A DNA stretch of 64,000 bases from Myxococcota bacterium (lineage in GTDB: Bacteria > Myxococcota_A > UBA9042 > PHBI01 > JAWLBL01), in assembly GCA_041687695.1 (NCBI GenBank), contig JAWLBL010000022.1:32001-96000 (forward strand), in the 5' to 3' direction. Below the pieces are notes generated by a model. It was not told where the DNA came from. It did no database searches and saw only the letters and a list, made by a program, of their open reading frames with translations. Shown here in pieces: positions 9,840 through 19,338 of this stretch; the first letter of the stretch is position 1, and each line of letters starts with the position of its first letter. The position numbers and the translations under genes were made by a program.

Positions 9840-11273
9840 ATGACGGTGAACACATCCGTAGCGTCGGCGGCCGACCGCCGGGGTGTCTGGGGCGAGGTGG
9901 CGCAGGCGGTGCCCGAGCGGGGCGCGCTGGCCGACGCGATGGTGCGCGAGCTGCACGAAGGGCTGACGCTGCTGGGGTCGTTGCCGCCGGCGGTGACGTT
10001 CTTCGGCGGAGCGCGCGTGCGGGCGGGCGACCCGGCCTACGCGGCGGCCGAGCGCATGGGCGAGCTGCTGGCCGCGCGCGACGTGCCGCCGCGGACCGGG
10101 GCGGGGCCGGGCATCATGTCGGCGGTCCCCGAGGGCTTCCGCCGGGCGCGGGCGGCGGCGGGCGACGGGGCCGCGGCGCGGGCGGCGGGCGAGGGTGGGC
10201 CGCCCGAGGGGCCGCAGGGGACCGGGCAGCTGCTGACGCAGGGGTTCAACATCGTGCTGCCGTTCGAGCAGATGGTGAACCCCGCCATCGACGTGTCGCT
10301 CGAGCTGGCGCACTTCCCGACGCGCAAGCTGATGCTGTACGCGAACTGCCTGGGGCTGGTCATCTTCCCGGGCGGGTTCGGGACCCTGGACGAGCTGCTC
10401 GAGGTGTGGCGGCTGGCGCACGCGGGGCGGCTGACGTACCCGTTCGTCCTGTACGGGCGCGAGTTCTGGGGGCCGCTGGGCGAGGGGCTGACCCGGGCGG
10501 CCGAGGCGGTGCCGGCGGCGGGGATCCCGCGCGAGGCGTTCGACCGCCTGCTGCTCACGGACGACGCCGAGCAGGCGATCGCGCATCTGCTCGCGAGCGA
10601 CGCGCCGACCCACGGCGGGCTGGGCGAGCCGCTCGAGGGCCTGGGCCAGCGCATCGCGCACGAGCTGGTCGAGGGGCTGGGGTTCCTCGAGAGCCTGACG
10701 CCGGCGGTCACCGTGCTGGGCGGCTCGCGCCTCGAGGAGGACGCGGCCTGCCTGGGGGCGGCGCGCGAGCTGGCGCGGCTGCTGGCGCGCGAGGGCGTCC
10801 CGACCCGCACCGGCGGCCCCGGCGGGCTGTCGGTGGCGCTGGCGCGAGGCGGCCACCTGGGATCGGCCTATCTGCCGCAGCAGGCCTTCGGCATGCGCCG
10901 CGAGGACGCGCGCAACCTGTACGGCGCCGACCGCGTGCACCTGGTCAACGACCGCCTGACCCACAAGGTGCTGCTGACCGAGAACGCGCGCGCCGTCGTC
11001 GCGCTGCCCGGCGGCCTCGGCACCCTGGACGAGCTGTTCAGCGTCCTGTGTCAGATGCAGACCGGCAAGATCGCCCTGCGGCCGGTCGTGCTGGTCGGCA
11101 CCACCTTCTGGGCGCCGCTGTGGGACGCCCTGCGCGCGACCATGCTGGATGGCCCGCGCCAGACCATCGGCCCGCACGATCTGGCCCTGGTCACGATGAC
11201 CGACGACCCGGCCGAGGCCGCCCGCCTCTGCCTGACCCCGCCCGCGCCGCGTCCGCCCCGAACGTCTCGGTGA
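9840..11273 (+). CDS. Tandem two-domain LOG family (Rossmann-fold nucleotide phosphoribohydrolase) protein
   Basis: Two PAVT.xGG.R / GPG / PGGxGTLDE units (FPGGFGTLDEL and LPGGLGTLDEL). Confidence 0.85.
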   Translation: MTVNTSVASAADRRGVWGEVAQAVPERGALADAMVRELHEGLTLLGSLPPAVTFFGGARVRAGDPAYAAAERMGELLAARDVPPRTGAGPGIMSAVPEGFRRARAAAGDGAAARAAGEGGPPEGPQGTGQLLTQGFNIVLPFEQMVNPAIDVSLELAHFPTRKLMLYANCLGLVIFPGGFGTLDELLEVWRLAHAGRLTYPFVLYGREFWGPLGEGLTRAAEAVPAAGIPREAFDRLLLTDDAEQAIAHLLASDAPTHGGLGEPLEGLGQRIAHELVEGLGFLESLTPAVTVLGGSRLEEDAACLGAARELARLLAREGVPTRTGGPGGLSVALARGGHLGSAYLPQQAFGMRREDARNLYGADRVHLVNDRLTHKVLLTENARAVVALPGGLGTLDELFSVLCQMQTGKIALRPVVLVGTTFWAPLWDALRATMLDGPRQTIGPHDLALVTMTDDPAEAARLCLTPPAPRPPRTSR

Positions 11274-11307
11274 CGCTCGCCGCGTCCTTCGCCTCGAGGA
11301 GCCCCTC

Positions 11308-11679
11308 ATGGACAAGCCCAAGCCCGGCACCATCGGCTGGCACGACCTGACCGTCCCCAACGCCGACGAGGTCCGCGACTTCTACGCCAAGGTCGCCAAC
11401 TGGACCTTCGAGGGCCTGAGCATGGGCGACTACGAGGACTACGTCATGAAGACGGACGGCGGCGACGTCGTGGGCGGCGTCTGTCACCGCCGCGGTCCCA
11501 ACGCCGACCTGCCGCCCATCTGGATGATGTACATCGTCGTCGAGGACATGGAGGCCAGCCTGAGGGCCGTCCGCGAGGGCGGCGGCGAGGTCCTGCGCGA
11601 CACCCGCAACGGCCCCGCCGGCATGGTCGTCATCAAGGACCCCGCCGGCGCCGTCTGCGCCCTGTACCAGGCCGAGTAG
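11308..11679 (+). CDS. VOC/glyoxalase family protein
   Basis: GTIGWHDLTV.NA..VRDFY, WMMYIVVED, IKDPAGAVCAL; GAGGAG RBS. Confidence 0.9.
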   Translation: MDKPKPGTIGWHDLTVPNADEVRDFYAKVANWTFEGLSMGDYEDYVMKTDGGDVVGGVCHRRGPNADLPPIWMMYIVVEDMEASLRAVREGGGEVLRDTRNGPAGMVVIKDPAGAVCALYQAE

Positions 11680-11706
11680 CGTCCGTCCTGGCCGGGAGCC
11701 CGGCGA

Positions 11707-11733
11707 CCTGGGATCGCCGGCTTCCAGCCGGCC
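11707..11733 (-). repeat. Single REP copy, inverted relative to the downstream array, at the RAYT 5' end
   Basis: CCTGGGATCGCCGGCTTCCAGCCGGCC is the exact reverse complement of the array core GGCCGGCTGGAAGCCGGCGATCCCAGG. Confidence 0.85.
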
Positions 11734-11740
11734 GAGTCCG

Positions 11741-12328
11741 CACAAGGCTTGGTTCTCGCGCGACTACCTGCCGCACCTCGACGTTCCGGGTCTCGTCCAA
11801 TCCATCACGTTCCGACTCGCTGATTCACTGCCCCGCGCCTTGGTTCGACAGCTCGAGTCGAAGCTGAGCCATGTGCCCCCGGATGAGCGAGCCCGTGAAC
11901 AACAGGACCGCCTTCAAGCGCTTCTGGATCGCGGCTACGGTGAGTGCCATCTCAGCGACGCTCGCGTCGCGTCCGTCGTCGAGGACGCGCTGCTCCACTT
12001 CGACGGCCGACGCTACCGGCTCATGGCCTGGTGCATCATGCCGAACCACGTGCATGCGGTGATGGAAAGGATGCAAGGTCATGCGCTGCATGCGGTGGTG
12101 CACTCGTGGAAGTCGTTCACCGCGACCGCGGCGAACCGGCTGCTGGGGCGGTCGGGGCCGTTCTGGATGCGCGAGTACCACGACCGGTATGTCCGGGATC
12201 TCGGGCATCTGGAGGCGGTCAAACGCTACGTCGAGGACAATCCGGTCGCTGCGGGGCTGGTGTCGGAGTCCTGGGAGTGGAGGTGGAGCAGCGCTTGGAG
12301 GGGCCGCTCGAAGGAGCGGTCAGACTGA
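11741..12328 (+). mobile_element. REP-associated tyrosine transposase (RAYT, HUH Y1); true start unclear
   Basis: In frame upstream of the ORF-track start: SRDYLPH...ITFRLADSLP; then WCIMPNHVH (HUH), WKSFTA, FWMREYHDRYVRD, YVEDNPVAAGL, WRWSSA. Confidence 0.9.
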
Positions 12329-12343
12329 ATCCGTCCAAGAGGA

Positions 12344-12730
12344 GGGCGGGGTTGCTGGCCGGCTGGAAGCCGGCGATCCCAGGGGGCCGGACGCGGGGAT
12401 GGGCGGGGTTGCTGGCCGGCTGGAAGCCGGCGATCCCAGGGGGCCGGACGCGGGGATGGGCGGGGTTGCTGGCCGGCTGGAAGCCGGCGATCCCAGGGAG
12501 GCCGGACGCGGGGACGGGCGGGGTTGCTGGCCGGATGGAAGCCGGCGATTCCAGGGAGGCCGGACGCGGGGATGGGCGGAGCTGCTGGCCGGCTGGAAGC
12601 CGGCGATCCCAGGGAGGCCGGACGCGGGGTTGGACGGGGTTGCAGGCCGGCTGGAAGCCGGCGATCCCAGGGAGGCCGGACGCGGAGAGGGGCGGAGCTG
12701 CAGGCCGGCTGGGAGGCGGCGCTGCCAGGG
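12344..12730 (+). repeat. Tandem REP array: six 57-58 bp units plus one degenerate unit
   Basis: Unit GGGCGGGGTTGCTGGCCGGCTGGAAGCCGGCGATCCCAGGG(A)GGCCGGACGCGGGGAT with hairpin GCCGGCT-GGA-AGCCGGC; units start at about 12344, 12401, 12458, 12516, 12574, 12632 and 12690. Confidence 0.92.
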
Positions 12731-12924
12731 GGGGCGGTGGGATGCCGCCGGTGGGAGGGGCCGGACGTGGGGCGCGGTTATGGGGGCGGTGGCTTGCCGC
12801 AGTGTCGGGGGCGAAGTAGAGCTGGCGCACTTCGAGACCGAGAGGTGAGCAATGGGCGCGGGGCGGTCCCGGGACCCGGGCGCCTCGGTGCGTGCGCGGC
12901 GGGGCCGCGGGGCAGGAGCAGTTC

Positions 12925-13773
12925 ATGCAGGCCGAACGGACGGTGCTGGTGACGGGCGCGACCGGGCAGCAGGGCGGCGCGGTGGCGCGGGCGTTGGTTG
13001 GACAGGGGCTGGCGCTGCGGGCGCTGACGCGGCACCCCGAGTCGGACAAGGCGAGGGCGCTGGCGGCGCAGGGCATCGAGGTCGTGCGGGGCGACATGGA
13101 TGACGCGGCGTCGCTGCGGCAGGCCCTGCAGGGGGTGTGGGGCATCTTCGCCGTCCAGAACACCTGGGAGGCCGGCGTCGAGCGCGAGGAGGAGCAGGGC
13201 AAGCGCCTGGCCGTGGTCGCGCGCGAGGCGGGCGTCGAGCACTTCGTGTACTCGTCGGTCGGCTCGGCCGAGCGGGACACCGGCATCCCGCACTTCGACA
13301 ACAAGCACCGGGTCGAGCAGAAGCTCCGCGCGCTGGGCTTCGCGTCGCACGTCATCCTCAGGCCCGTGTTCTTCATGGAGAACCTGGTCTCGCCTTGGTT
13401 TCTGAACGGCGACCAGCTGGTCTCGGCGCTGGACCCGGTGACCCGGGTGCAGATGGTCGCGGTCCAGGACATCGGCCGGATCGGCGCGCAGGCGTTCTTG
13501 CAGGCCGACGCGATGAACCGCGCCGAGATCGAGCTGGCCGGCGACGCCGCGACGATGCCCGAGGCGGCCGCCGTGCTGTCGCGGGCGCTCGGCCGCAAGA
13601 TCGAGTACGCGCGGATCCCGATGGACGCGATCCGTAAGAACAGCGAGGACTTCGCGCTGATGCTCGAGTGGTTCGAGCGGGACGGCTACGCGGCCGACAT
13701 CGGGGCGCTCGATCGGCGCTTCGGGCCGATGACGCGCCTGACGGAGTGGGCGCGCGGGCTGCCGCGCGCCTGA
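12925..13773 (+). CDS. NmrA/HSCARG family NAD(P)-binding protein
   Basis: VLVTGATGQQGGAVA, HFVYSSVG, IPHFDNK, LRPVFFMEN; AGGAG RBS. Confidence 0.92.
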   Translation: MQAERTVLVTGATGQQGGAVARALVGQGLALRALTRHPESDKARALAAQGIEVVRGDMDDAASLRQALQGVWGIFAVQNTWEAGVEREEEQGKRLAVVAREAGVEHFVYSSVGSAERDTGIPHFDNKHRVEQKLRALGFASHVILRPVFFMENLVSPWFLNGDQLVSALDPVTRVQMVAVQDIGRIGAQAFLQADAMNRAEIELAGDAATMPEAAAVLSRALGRKIEYARIPMDAIRKNSEDFALMLEWFERDGYAADIGALDRRFGPMTRLTEWARGLPRA

Positions 13774-13808
13774 GGGGCGGCTCACCGGTCGACCGCGGCC
13801 GCGGGCGC

Positions 13809-15287
13809 TCAGGCGAGCGGCGCCCCGGCCGCGGCCAGGCAGGCGGCGAGGCGGCCGACGTGGGCGGGGAGCTCGGAGGCGGGCGTGGCGGCGAAGCCCA
13901 GGATCAGGCCGGGCCGGACGTGCGCGGGCGCTGCGTAGTAGGTCGACAGCGGGGCGGGGGCGAGGCCCGCCTTGGCGGCGCGTCGGACGAGGGCGAGGTC
14001 GTCGACGCCGGGCGGCAGGTAGACGACCTGGTTGACGCCGGCGTCGCTGGGGGCGAGCGGGTGGTCTGGGAGGTGGGCGGCGAGGGCGGCGTGGAGGGCG
14101 CCGCGCCGCTCGGTGTACAGGGCGCGGAGGCGGCGGAGGTGGGCCTCGTAGTGGCCCTCGGCCATGAAGTCGGCGAGGGCGGCCTGGGCGACGGAGGAGG
14201 GGTGGGTGTCGGCCAGCCGGCGGGCGGCCAGGAAGGCGTCGAGCAGCCGGTCGGGGACGACCAGATAACCCAGGCGCAGGGAGGCGAAGGTCGCGCGGGA
14301 GAAGGTGCCGGCGTACAGGGTGCGGCCGTCGGGGTCGAGGCTCTGGAGCGAGGCCAGCGGGCGGCCGGCGTAGCGGAAGTCGGCGTCGTAGTCGTCCTCG
14401 AGCAGCCAGGCGTCGCGGCGGCGGGCCCAGTCGAGCAGGGCCAGGCGGCGATCGAGCGGCAGGGTCATGCCGAGCGGGAACTGGTGCGAGGGCGTCACGC
14501 AGGCGAGGCGGGCGTCTTCCGGGACGGCGCCGGCGGCTGCGAGGTCGAAGCCGTGGGCGTCGACCGGGATGGGCAGCGGGCGGGCGCCGGCGAAGGCGAG
14601 GGCGTCGTGCAGGCCGTGGTAGCCGGGGTCCTCGACGAGGGCGACGTCGCCAGGGTCGAGCAGGACGCGAGCGACGAGGTCGAGCGCTTGCTGGGAGCCC
14701 GAGACGATGAGGACCTGGTCGGGCGTGGCGCGGACGGCGCGGGTGGACGCGAGGAAGGCGGCGACCTGCGCGCGCAGGGCCGGGAGGCCGGCGGGCGGCA
14801 GCGCGGAGGTCAGGGCGCGCCCCGGGCGGCGCCAGCGTTGGCCGATGAGGCGGCCCCACAGGTGGAACGGGAAGGCGTCGACGGCGAGGGCGCCGGGGGC
14901 GAGCGGGCCCTGGGCGCGGTGCGGGCGGACGGGGAGGCTGGTCAGCCAGGCGGCGCGCTGGCTCAGGCGCGGGGCGGCGGCGACGGGGGCGGGCTCGCGC
15001 GGGCCGAGCAGGGCCTGCGGCAGCTCGGCGACGCGGGTGGCCGAGCCGGACGTGGCGACGAGGTACCCTTCGGCGGTCAGCTGGTCGTAGGCGGCGAGCA
15101 CCGTGTTGCGCGACACGCCCAGGGCGGCCGCGAGGGCGCGCGTCGAAGGGACGGCGGTGTCGGGGGCGAGGCGGCCGGCGAGCACGGCCTCGCGCAGCTG
15201 CGCGACGAGCTGGCGCTGGAGCGGCTCGTGGGAGCTGCGGTCGAGGGACGGGAGCGAGACGGGGAGGGGCGGTCTGCGGCGTGACAT
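13809..15287 (-). CDS. MocR/GabR family transcriptional regulator (GntR HTH + PLP aminotransferase domain)
   Basis: VPSTRALAAALGVSRNTV..AY.QL.AEGY; GSQQALDL, EDPGY, TPSHQFPLG, EDDYD, YAGTFS. Confidence 0.93.
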   Translation of the reverse strand: MSRRRPPLPVSLPSLDRSSHEPLQRQLVAQLREAVLAGRLAPDTAVPSTRALAAALGVSRNTVLAAYDQLTAEGYLVATSGSATRVAELPQALLGPREPAPVAAAPRLSQRAAWLTSLPVRPHRAQGPLAPGALAVDAFPFHLWGRLIGQRWRRPGRALTSALPPAGLPALRAQVAAFLASTRAVRATPDQVLIVSGSQQALDLVARVLLDPGDVALVEDPGYHGLHDALAFAGARPLPIPVDAHGFDLAAAGAVPEDARLACVTPSHQFPLGMTLPLDRRLALLDWARRRDAWLLEDDYDADFRYAGRPLASLQSLDPDGRTLYAGTFSRATFASLRLGYLVVPDRLLDAFLAARRLADTHPSSVAQAALADFMAEGHYEAHLRRLRALYTERRGALHAALAAHLPDHPLAPSDAGVNQVVYLPPGVDDLALVRRAAKAGLAPAPLSTYYAAPAHVRPGLILGFAATPASELPAHVGRLAACLAAAGAPLA

Positions 15288-15382
15288 GGACGGGTCATAC
15301 TGGATCCATCGATTCGCCGAAAGTGGCGCTTTCGTTGGGTCCGGTCGGCGGCGACGATGGGGGCTCGCGAAGGAGGCGAGCC

Positions 15383-16015
15383 ATGAACGGGACCCCACCG
15401 AGCCCAAGAGCCACCGTGCGGCGCGTGCCGCAGCGGGCCGACTACGACTTCGAGGCCATCGCGGCCATCCTGGACGAGGCCTGGGTGGCCCACGTGGGGA
15501 TGGCGGCGGACGGGCAGCCCTTCGTGCTGCCGATGGCCTGCTGGCGCGAGGGCGACCGCCTGCTGCTGCACGGCGCCACCTCGAGCCGCTTGATGCGGCA
15601 CCTGGCGAGCGGCGCGCCGATGTGCGTGGCGGTGACCCTGCTCGACGGGCTGGTGCTGGCGCGCTCGGCGTTCCATCACTCGATGAACTACCGCTCGGTG
15701 GTCGTCCTCGGGCGCGCCGAGCCGCTGGAGGGCGCCGCGAAGGCCGCGGCGCTCGACGCCTTCGTGGAGCGGGTCGAGCCGGGGCGGTCGGGGCGCGTGC
15801 GCCGATCGAGCGCGCAGGAGCTGAAGGCGACGATGGTGCTGGCGGTGCCGCTCGCCGAGGCGTCGGCCAAGGTCCGGACGGGCGGACCCAAGGACGACGC
15901 CGAAGACCTGGGCCGGCCGGTCTGGGCCGGGGTCGTGCCCATCCGCGAGGTGCGCGGTGAGCCGGTGGAGGACGAGCCCAAGGAGCGGCCGGGCGCGGGC
16001 GGGCTGGCGCGATGA
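15383..16015 (+). CDS. Pyridoxamine 5'-phosphate oxidase-like flavin-nucleotide-binding protein (NimA-like)
   Basis: RA.YD...I..ILDE, LHGATSSRLM, DGLVLARSAFHHSMNYRSVV, SAKVRTGGP.DD; divergent from MocR. Confidence 0.9.
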   Translation: MNGTPPSPRATVRRVPQRADYDFEAIAAILDEAWVAHVGMAADGQPFVLPMACWREGDRLLLHGATSSRLMRHLASGAPMCVAVTLLDGLVLARSAFHHSMNYRSVVVLGRAEPLEGAAKAAALDAFVERVEPGRSGRVRRSSAQELKATMVLAVPLAEASAKVRTGGPKDDAEDLGRPVWAGVVPIREVRGEPVEDEPKERPGAGGLAR

Positions 16016-16018
16016 GGC

Positions 16019-16053
16019 GAGCCGGCGTCCCGTGGTCGGCGGGACGCCGGCTC
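16019..16053. terminator. Perfect 14-bp hairpin between convergent genes
   Basis: GAGCCGGCGTCCCG-tggtcgg-CGGGACGCCGGCTC; no U-tract. Confidence 0.6.
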
Positions 16054-16060
16054 TCACCGG

Positions 16061-16636
16061 TCAGGGCGCGGCGGCGGTGACGCGCTCGCCCTGGGGGGCC
16101 TTGGGGTTGGCCGGGGTCGTGCCCTGCAGGGTCACGACGTAGGCCGAGACGGCCTGGACTTCGGCCGGCTTGAGCTGGTCCTTCCAGGCGAGCATGCCCT
16201 TGTCGGGGACGCCGACGTTCACGATGTGCAGGACCTCGGCCACCGAGCCGTCGCCGTGCAGCCAGAACTCGTCGGTCAGGTTGGGGCCGACCAGGCCGCC
16301 GCCGTCGGGGCCGTGGCAGTTGGCGCAGCGCGAGTCGTACAGGCCCTTGCCCTCGGCGACCACCGCCGCGTCCTGGGTCAGGGCCTGCAGCTCCTCGGGC
16401 GACAGCTTCGGCGCCTCCTTGGCCGGGCCGTAGGCCGCCATCTCCTTGGCGTACTCGTCCTGCGGCAGGTCGCCCGGCCCCCAGTGCATGTAGGGGATGT
16501 AGACGACGGTCCAGGCGATGGTCAGGTAGAACAGCCAGACCCACCACCGGGGCAGGGGGTTGTCGTACTCGGCGATGCCGTCGAAGACGTGCTCACGGAC
16601 CTCGTCGGTCACCTGGTGCTTGGTCGCGTCAGCCAT
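16061..16636 (-). CDS. ccoP: cbb3-type cytochrome c oxidase subunit III (mono-heme)
   Basis: H.FDGIAEYDNPLPRWW, CANCHG, GPNLTDEFWLHG, KGMLAW. Confidence 0.93.
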   Translation of the reverse strand: MADATKHQVTDEVREHVFDGIAEYDNPLPRWWVWLFYLTIAWTVVYIPYMHWGPGDLPQDEYAKEMAAYGPAKEAPKLSPEELQALTQDAAVVAEGKGLYDSRCANCHGPDGGGLVGPNLTDEFWLHGDGSVAEVLHIVNVGVPDKGMLAWKDQLKPAEVQAVSAYVVTLQGTTPANPKAPQGERVTAAAP

Positions 16637-16856
16637 GGTTGCACTCCTTACCGGACGAGGGGGCCTCCGGGCCGGGGCGGCCCGTGGCGTCGTCGAACAC
16701 GAGGCGGCTCCGGTCGGCGTAGATCTCGCGGGCGCCCCGCCGGCAGATCCACAGGACCGCCCCGGCGAACATGGCGACGAACAGGACCACGGTGACCAGC
16801 GGGAAGAGCAGCAGATCGGTGCGGCTCAGGGTCTCACTCATCATCGATGCGAGCAT
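16629..16856 (-). CDS. ccoQ: cbb3-type oxidase small subunit CcoQ
   Basis: Single TM (VLFVAMFAGAVLW) followed by SRLVFDD; between ccoO and ccoP; GGAGG RBS. Confidence 0.75.
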   Translation of the reverse strand: MLASMMSETLSRTDLLLFPLVTVVLFVAMFAGAVLWICRRGAREIYADRSRLVFDDATGRPGPEAPSSGKECNHG

Positions 16857-16868
16857 GGTGACCTCCCT

Positions 16869-19118
16869 CTACTCGAGGCTCGCGTGGGTGTCGGCCGCCT
16901 TGCCGGGCGCGGCCGGATCGGCCGGGGTCGGCTCCTTGCCGATGTCCGTCCCGAGGCGCTGCAGGTAGGCGATGAGCGCCACGATCTTCTTGTCCGACAC
17001 GTCGGGCAGGCCCTGCGCCTTCAAGCCCTCGGCGATCTTCAGGGCCTGGCCCCACGCGAGGGTCTCGGCGTCCGCGATCTCCTGGTCGGAGTAGGGCGCG
17101 CCCAGCGTGCGCAGCGCGGTCATCTTCGACTGGAGGAGATCGAGGTCCAGCCCGTCCTCGAAGAGCCACGGGTAGGACGGCATGATGGACCCCGCCGACA
17201 TGCTGCGGGGATCGAGCATGTGGTGGTAGTGCCAGGAGTCCGAGTATTTGCCACCGACGCGGTGCAGATCCGGGCCGATTCGGCGCGAACCCCACTGGAA
17301 GGGGCGGTCGTAGATGAACTCGCCGGCCTCGGAGGGGCGGCCGAAGCGCAGGGTCTCGTCGCGGAAGGGGCGGACCATCTGCGAGTGGCAGGTGTAGCAG
17401 CCCTCGGCGACGTAGATGTCGCGGCCCTCGAGCTCGAGCGGCGTGTACGGTTTGACCGAGGCGATGGTCGGCACGTTCTTCTCGATGAGCATGCTCGGGA
17501 TGATCTCGAAGGCGCCGCCGATGGCCACCGCGATGGTGGTGTAGACCGTGAAGCGGATGGGCCGGCGCTCGAGGAGGTCGTGCCAGAAGCCCTTGGCCGT
17601 GGCCGGGGGCAGGTCGACGCCGGCGACGGCGGTGGCCGGCAGGGGACGGGCCTCGGGCAGCAGCGGCGGGGCGCTGGCCTGCTCGTCGCGCATGTCGCCC
17701 TTGCCGCCGGCCGTCTTGACCAGGTTGACGATCATCAGGATGACGCCCGTGAGGTACAGCGCCCCGCCGACCGCGCGGACCCAGTACATCGGGATGATGG
17801 CGGCGACGGTCTCCTCCCAGTTGCGGTAGACCAGGGCGCCGTCGGCGTCGAGCTCCTTGAGCATCAGGCCCTGGGTGACGCCCGCGACCCACATCGACAG
17901 GGTGTACAGGCCGATGCCGGTCAGGCCGAACCAGAAGTGGGTGGAGGCCAGCTTGGTCGAGTACAGCTTGGTGCGATAAAGGCGCGGGAACAGCCAGTAG
18001 ATCATGCCGAAGGCGAAGAAGCCGTTCCAGCCGAGGACGCCCGAGTGCACGTGGCCGATGGTCCAGTCGGTGTAGTGCGACAGCGCGTTGACCGACTTGA
18101 TGCTGAGCAGCGGGCCCTCGAAGGTGGCCATGCCGTAGAAGGTGATGGCGACCACGAAGAACTTCACGACCGGGTCGGTGCGCAGCTTGTCCCAGGCGCC
18201 GCGCAGGGTCAGCAGGCCGTTGATCATGCCACCCCAGCTGGGGGCGACGAGCATGACCGAGAAGACCATGCCGAGGGTCTGCGCCCAGTCGGGCAGCGCG
18301 GTGTAGAGCAGGTGGTGCGGGCCGGCCCAGATGTACAGGAAGATGAGCGACCAGAAGTGCACGATGGACAGGCGATAGCTGTACACCGGGCGCCCGGCGG
18401 CCTTGGGCATGAAGTAGTACATCAGGCCCAGGATGGGGGTCGTCAGGAAGAAGGCGACGGCGTTGTGGCCGTACCACCACTGGACCAGCGCGTCCTGAAC
18501 GCCCGCGTAGGCCGAGTAGCTCTTGAACCAGTCGACCGGCAGGGCCAGCGAGTTGACGATGTGCAGCAGCGCGACCGTGACGATGGACGCGATGTAGAAC
18601 CACAGGGCCACGTACAGGTGGCGCTCGCGGCGCTTGGCGATGGTGCCGAAGAAGTTGACCGCGAAGACGACCCAGATGGCGGCGATGGCCAGATCGATGG
18701 GCCACTCGAGCTCGGCATATTCCTTACTGGAGGTGATGCCGAACGGCAGCGTCAGCGCGGCCGAGACGATGATGGCCTGCCAGCCCCAGAAGTGGATCCT
18801 CGACAGCTTGTCGCTGTACATGCGCGCCTTGAGCAGGCGCTGCGTCGAGTAGTACATGCCGGCGAACATGCTGTTGCCGACGAAGGCGAAGATGGCCGCG
18901 TTCGTGTGCAGCGGACGCAGGCGGCCGAAGGTGATCCAGGGCAGATCGAAGTTGAGCTTGTGCGCCGCCAGCTCGAGCGCGAGCCACAGGCCCGCGAGCA
19001 TGGCGACGGCGCCCCACACGACGGTGGCGATGAGGAAGTGCCTCACCGTCTTGTCGTCGTAGTGGAAGGTCTCGAGCTGTTCCTGTCGGGTCACGACAGG
19101 TTCGGCGGCGGGTTTCAT
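16869..19118 (-). CDS. ccoNO: Fused cbb3-type cytochrome c oxidase subunits I/II
   Basis: [33 protein letters not shown]-terminal [23 protein letters not shown]. Confidence 0.96.
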   Translation of the reverse strand: MKPAAEPVVTRQEQLETFHYDDKTVRHFLIATVVWGAVAMLAGLWLALELAAHKLNFDLPWITFGRLRPLHTNAAIFAFVGNSMFAGMYYSTQRLLKARMYSDKLSRIHFWGWQAIIVSAALTLPFGITSSKEYAELEWPIDLAIAAIWVVFAVNFFGTIAKRRERHLYVALWFYIASIVTVALLHIVNSLALPVDWFKSYSAYAGVQDALVQWWYGHNAVAFFLTTPILGLMYYFMPKAAGRPVYSYRLSIVHFWSLIFLYIWAGPHHLLYTALPDWAQTLGMVFSVMLVAPSWGGMINGLLTLRGAWDKLRTDPVVKFFVVAITFYGMATFEGPLLSIKSVNALSHYTDWTIGHVHSGVLGWNGFFAFGMIYWLFPRLYRTKLYSTKLASTHFWFGLTGIGLYTLSMWVAGVTQGLMLKELDADGALVYRNWEETVAAIIPMYWVRAVGGALYLTGVILMIVNLVKTAGGKGDMRDEQASAPPLLPEARPLPATAVAGVDLPPATAKGFWHDLLERRPIRFTVYTTIAVAIGGAFEIIPSMLIEKNVPTIASVKPYTPLELEGRDIYVAEGCYTCHSQMVRPFRDETLRFGRPSEAGEFIYDRPFQWGSRRIGPDLHRVGGKYSDSWHYHHMLDPRSMSAGSIMPSYPWLFEDGLDLDLLQSKMTALRTLGAPYSDQEIADAETLAWGQALKIAEGLKAQGLPDVSDKKIVALIAYLQRLGTDIGKEPTPADPAAPGKAADTHASLE

Positions 19119-19336
19119 CGTGAGCGCTCCTGGGGGTGCCGGGGACGGGAGGGGAGGGGACGGGAAGCGGTAGGTGCGCCGAGCCGCGGGTCGGCGTCGG
19201 CGTCGTCGAAGAGGATCCGGACCGGGGGCGTGTCGAGGTCGTCCATCTGGCCGCTGCGCAGCGCCCAGCGGAACGCGGCGATGGCCGCCGCCGTGACGAG
19301 CACGGACAGCGGGACGAGGAAGAAGAGCGCTTCCAT
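19115..19336 (-). CDS. ccoS: cbb3 oxidase maturation protein CcoS/FixS
   Basis: From ATG 19336: [11 protein letters not shown]...[24 protein letters not shown]. Confidence 0.9.
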   Translation of the reverse strand: MEALFFLVPLSVLVTAAAIAAFRWALRSGQMDDLDTPPVRILFDDADADPRLGAPTASRPLPSRPRHPQERSR

Positions 19337-19338
19337 GG

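Noticed and set aside
12344..12730. CRISPR array
   Set aside because: Inter-repeat segments are near-identical rather than unique spacers, no cas genes are present, and the adjacent RAYT explains it as REPs.
12219..13598. Repeat-containing ORFs across the REP array (and across the 41-bp arrays)
   Set aside because: Unit lengths of 57/58 and 41/42 bp shift frame, so the peptide repeats are artefacts of non-coding repeats.
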